Source of the DNA: Actinomycetota bacterium
Lineage (GTDB): Bacteria > Actinomycetota > Actinomycetes > S36-B12 > GCA-2699445
Assembly (NCBI GenBank): GCA_029978705.1
Contig: JAPOIY010000004.1
Coordinates: 29,339-93,338 of the forward strand
Reading direction: 5' to 3'
Length of the DNA: 64,000 nt
Part shown: positions 61,557-64,000 of the stretch, one piece after another
Position numbering within the stretch: position 1 is the first letter of the stretch
Layout of the letters: every line of letters begins with the position of its first letter
Position numbers and translations under genes: made by a program
Notes under the pieces: model-generated
The model's input: only the letters and a program-made list of their open reading frames with translations
Told to the model about the DNA's origin: nothing
Database searches by the model: none

Positions 61557-62384
61557 GTGGACAGAGGACACCTGTGGGCGGGCGTGTGCGGCTGGGACTA
61601 CCGGCATTGGCGGACCCGGTTCTACCCGGCCGATCTGCCGCAGTCCCGCCGGCTGTCGTATCTCGCGGCCCGGGTCAGCGCCGTGGAGATCGACACGACG
61701 TTCTACTCGCTGCGCCGCCCGTCGGACTTCGAGAGGTGGCGGGACTCGGCCCCGCCGGGGTTCGTGTTCGCGGTGAAAGGCAGCCGGTTCATCACCCACA
61801 TGAAGCGGCTGCTGCGGGCGCGCGAGGCGCTGGCGAACTTCTTCGCCAGTGGGCCGCTGGCCCTCAACCACAGCCTCGGGCCGTTCCTGTGGCAACTGCC
61901 CGAGACCCTGCGCTGGGACCGGCCCCGCATCGAGGAGTTCCTCGCGCTGCTGCCCCGCGATACGGCGCAGCTACGGCTGCTGGCGGCGGAGTGCAATCCG
62001 GACATCGTGGCCGAACCCTTCCTCGGAGGCACCGAGGTACGTCCGGTGCGCCACGCCCTCGAACCCCGGGACCCGGGGTTCGCCTCCCCGGAGGTCGCCG
62101 ATGTCCTCCGCGAACACGGTGTCGCCCTGGTGATGGCGGATTCCCACGGGAGGTGGCCGACGTTCGACGCCGACACGGCGGACTTCCGGTACCTGCGGCT
62201 GCACGGCACCGGACCGCGCAGGTACAGCGGCAGCTACCAGGGCCAGTGGGAGCCCTGGCGCACCCACATTGAGGCCGCCCTGTCGGAGGGCAAGGACACG
62301 TACGTGTTCTTCGACAACGACGCGCGCGCGCAGGCCCCCCGCGATGCCATGGCCCTGTTGCGGCTGATCGACGGGGAGGACTGA
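61557..62384 (+). CDS. DUF72 (YecE/YunF) family protein
   Basis: GWDY..W..FYP, EIDTTFY, KGSRFITH, LWQLP, YLRLHG, FFDND. Confidence 0.92.
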   Translation: MDRGHLWAGVCGWDYRHWRTRFYPADLPQSRRLSYLAARVSAVEIDTTFYSLRRPSDFERWRDSAPPGFVFAVKGSRFITHMKRLLRAREALANFFASGPLALNHSLGPFLWQLPETLRWDRPRIEEFLALLPRDTAQLRLLAAECNPDIVAEPFLGGTEVRPVRHALEPRDPGFASPEVADVLREHGVALVMADSHGRWPTFDADTADFRYLRLHGTGPRRYSGSYQGQWEPWRTHIEAALSEGKDTYVFFDNDARAQAPRDAMALLRLIDGED

Positions 62385-62388
62385 GCGG

Positions 62389-64000
62389 CTACTCCGACTC
62401 AGCCGTCTCGATCGGGGGCGTGTCCGGGGCCTCCACCCGCGGCTGCGGGGTGAAGGTGAAGTCGGCGTCGTCGCCCTCCCCTTCGACGTCCACCACGATC
62501 AGGCTCTTCGGCTCGATCTCCCCGAAGAGGATCTTCTCGCTGAGGGAGTCCTCGATCTCGCGCTGGATCGTGCGCCGCAAGGGACGCGCCCCGAGGACGG
62601 GGTCGTAGCCGCGCTCAGCCAGCAGCTCCTTGGCGGGAGTGGTGAACTCGATGCTCATCTCCCGCTCCGCCAGACGCTCGTCCAGCCGGGCGGCCATGAG
62701 GTCCACGATCGCCACGATCTCCTGGCGGGTCAGCTGGTGGAACACGATGGTGTCGTCGATGCGGTTGAGGAACTCGGGGCGGAAGTGCTGCTTCAGTTCC
62801 GTCTGCACCTTCGCCTTCATCCGCTCGTAGGCACCCACCTCGTCGTCCACGGGCGCGAAGCCCAGCGACTTGGACACGTCCCGGGAGCCCAGGTTGGTGG
62901 TCATGATGATGACGGTGTTCTTGAAGTCGACCGCGCGCCCCTGGGCGTCGGTGAGGCGACCTTCCTCGAGCACCTGCAGCAGTGAGTTGAAGATGTCGGG
63001 GTGGGCCTTCTCGATCTCGTCGAACAGGACGACAGAGAAGGGCTTGCGCCGCACCTTCTCGGTGAGCTGGCCCCCCTCCTCGTAGCCGACGTAACCCGGA
63101 GGTGACCCGAACAGGCGGGACGCCGTGTGCTTCTCGGAGTACTCGGACATGTCGAGGGCGATCAGCGCGTCGTCGTCTCCGAACAGGAACTCGGCGAGGG
63201 TCTTCGACAGCTCGGTCTTGCCCACCCCGGAGGGTCCGGCGAAGATGAACGACCCCGACGGCCGCTTGGGGTCCTTCAGCCCTGCCCGGGTGCGCCGGAT
63301 CGACTTGGACAGCGCCTTGATCGCCTGCTCCTGGCCGATGACGCGCTTGTGCAGCTCGTCCTCCATCCGCAGCAGGCGCGCGGTGTCGTCCTCGGACAGG
63401 TCGGTGACGGGGATCCCGGTCATCAGCGCGAGGACCTCGGCGATCAGCTTCTCGTCGACCTCGGCGACGACATCCATGTCGCCGGCCTTCCACTCGCGCT
63501 CCCGCTGGGCCTTCTCCGCGATGAGCTGCTTCTCGCGGTCCCGCAGGTTGGCCGCGGTCTCGAAGTCCTGCGCGTCGATGGCGGACTCCTTCTCCTTGCG
63601 GGCCTCCGCGATCCGGTCGTCGAACTCCCGCAGGTCGGGCGGGGCCGTCATGCGCCGGATGCGCAACCGGGAGCCGGCTTCGTCGATGAGGTCGATGGCC
63701 TTGTCCGGCAGCTGCCGGTCGCTGATGTAGCGGTCCGACAGTCGGGCGGCGGCAGCGAGGGCCTCGTCGGTGATGGTCACCTTGTGATGACTCTCGTAAC
63801 GGTCGCGCAGGCCCCGCAGGATCTGCACGGTCATGTCCACGTCGGGGGCCGGGACCTGGATGGGGGCGAAACGGCGCTCCAGGGCGGCGTCCTTCTCGAC
63901 GTACTTACGGTACTCGTCCAGGGTTGTCGCCCCGATGGTCTGCAGTTCACCGCGGGCCAGCATGGGTTTGAGGATGCTGGCAGCGTCGATCGCACCCTCG
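62389..64000 (-). CDS. clpC: ATP-dependent Clp protease ATP-binding subunit ClpC (5' part outside the window)
   Basis: [19 protein letters not shown] domain, [28 protein letters not shown]; the frame stays open to the window end. Confidence 0.95.
   Translation of the reverse strand, partial: EGAIDAASILKPMLARGELQTIGATTLDEYRKYVEKDAALERRFAPIQVPAPDVDMTVQILRGLRDRYESHHKVTITDEALAAAARLSDRYISDRQLPDKAIDLIDEAGSRLRIRRMTAPPDLREFDDRIAEARKEKESAIDAQDFETAANLRDREKQLIAEKAQREREWKAGDMDVVAEVDEKLIAEVLALMTGIPVTDLSEDDTARLLRMEDELHKRVIGQEQAIKALSKSIRRTRAGLKDPKRPSGSFIFAGPSGVGKTELSKTLAEFLFGDDDALIALDMSEYSEKHTASRLFGSPPGYVGYEEGGQLTEKVRRKPFSVVLFDEIEKAHPDIFNSLLQVLEEGRLTDAQGRAVDFKNTVIIMTTNLGSRDVSKSLGFAPVDDEVGAYERMKAKVQTELKQHFRPEFLNRIDDTIVFHQLTRQEIVAIVDLMAARLDERLAEREMSIEFTTPAKELLAERGYDPVLGARPLRRTIQREIEDSLSEKILFGEIEPKSLIVVDVEGEGDDADFTFTPQPRVEAPDTPPIETAESE

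Overview
High-GC actinobacterial chromosomal backbone with about 58 CDS. I found no tRNA, rRNA, CRISPR array or mobile element. Recognisable blocks in order: fdxA-pheA-tyrA-aminotransferase (dapC-like, cut by the left edge); mshB; an S9 peptidase; an opp/dpp ABC operon with two substrate-binding lipoproteins and ppk2; ychF/rmuC/ispH/xseAB/class I fumarase; phoH2/uppS/greA; an acyl-CoA ligase/HAD/acyltransferase/bS22/acuC/proC/proline dehydrogenase/ppx block; and radA/mutY/clpC (cut by the right edge). Secreted-protein genes are inserted into this backbone: a pair of small two-Cys paralogues, a GH18, a GH5 with tandem CBM2-like domains, an NlpC/P60+M23 hydrolase and two metallophosphoesterases. 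The best leads are: (1) divergent pheA and tyrA coupled inside the fdxA-dapC-like operon, a candidate arogenate-pathway operon; (2) the secreted paralogue pair of unknown function; (3) an atypical secreted metallophosphoesterase where disA normally sits; (4) a stand-alone ParB/Srx-like protein upstream of ppk2; (5) a strict TANNNT-N6-start leaderless pattern, which predicts that the S9 peptidase start reads GGG instead of GTG. All family calls come from motif recognition by eye; no database search was run.
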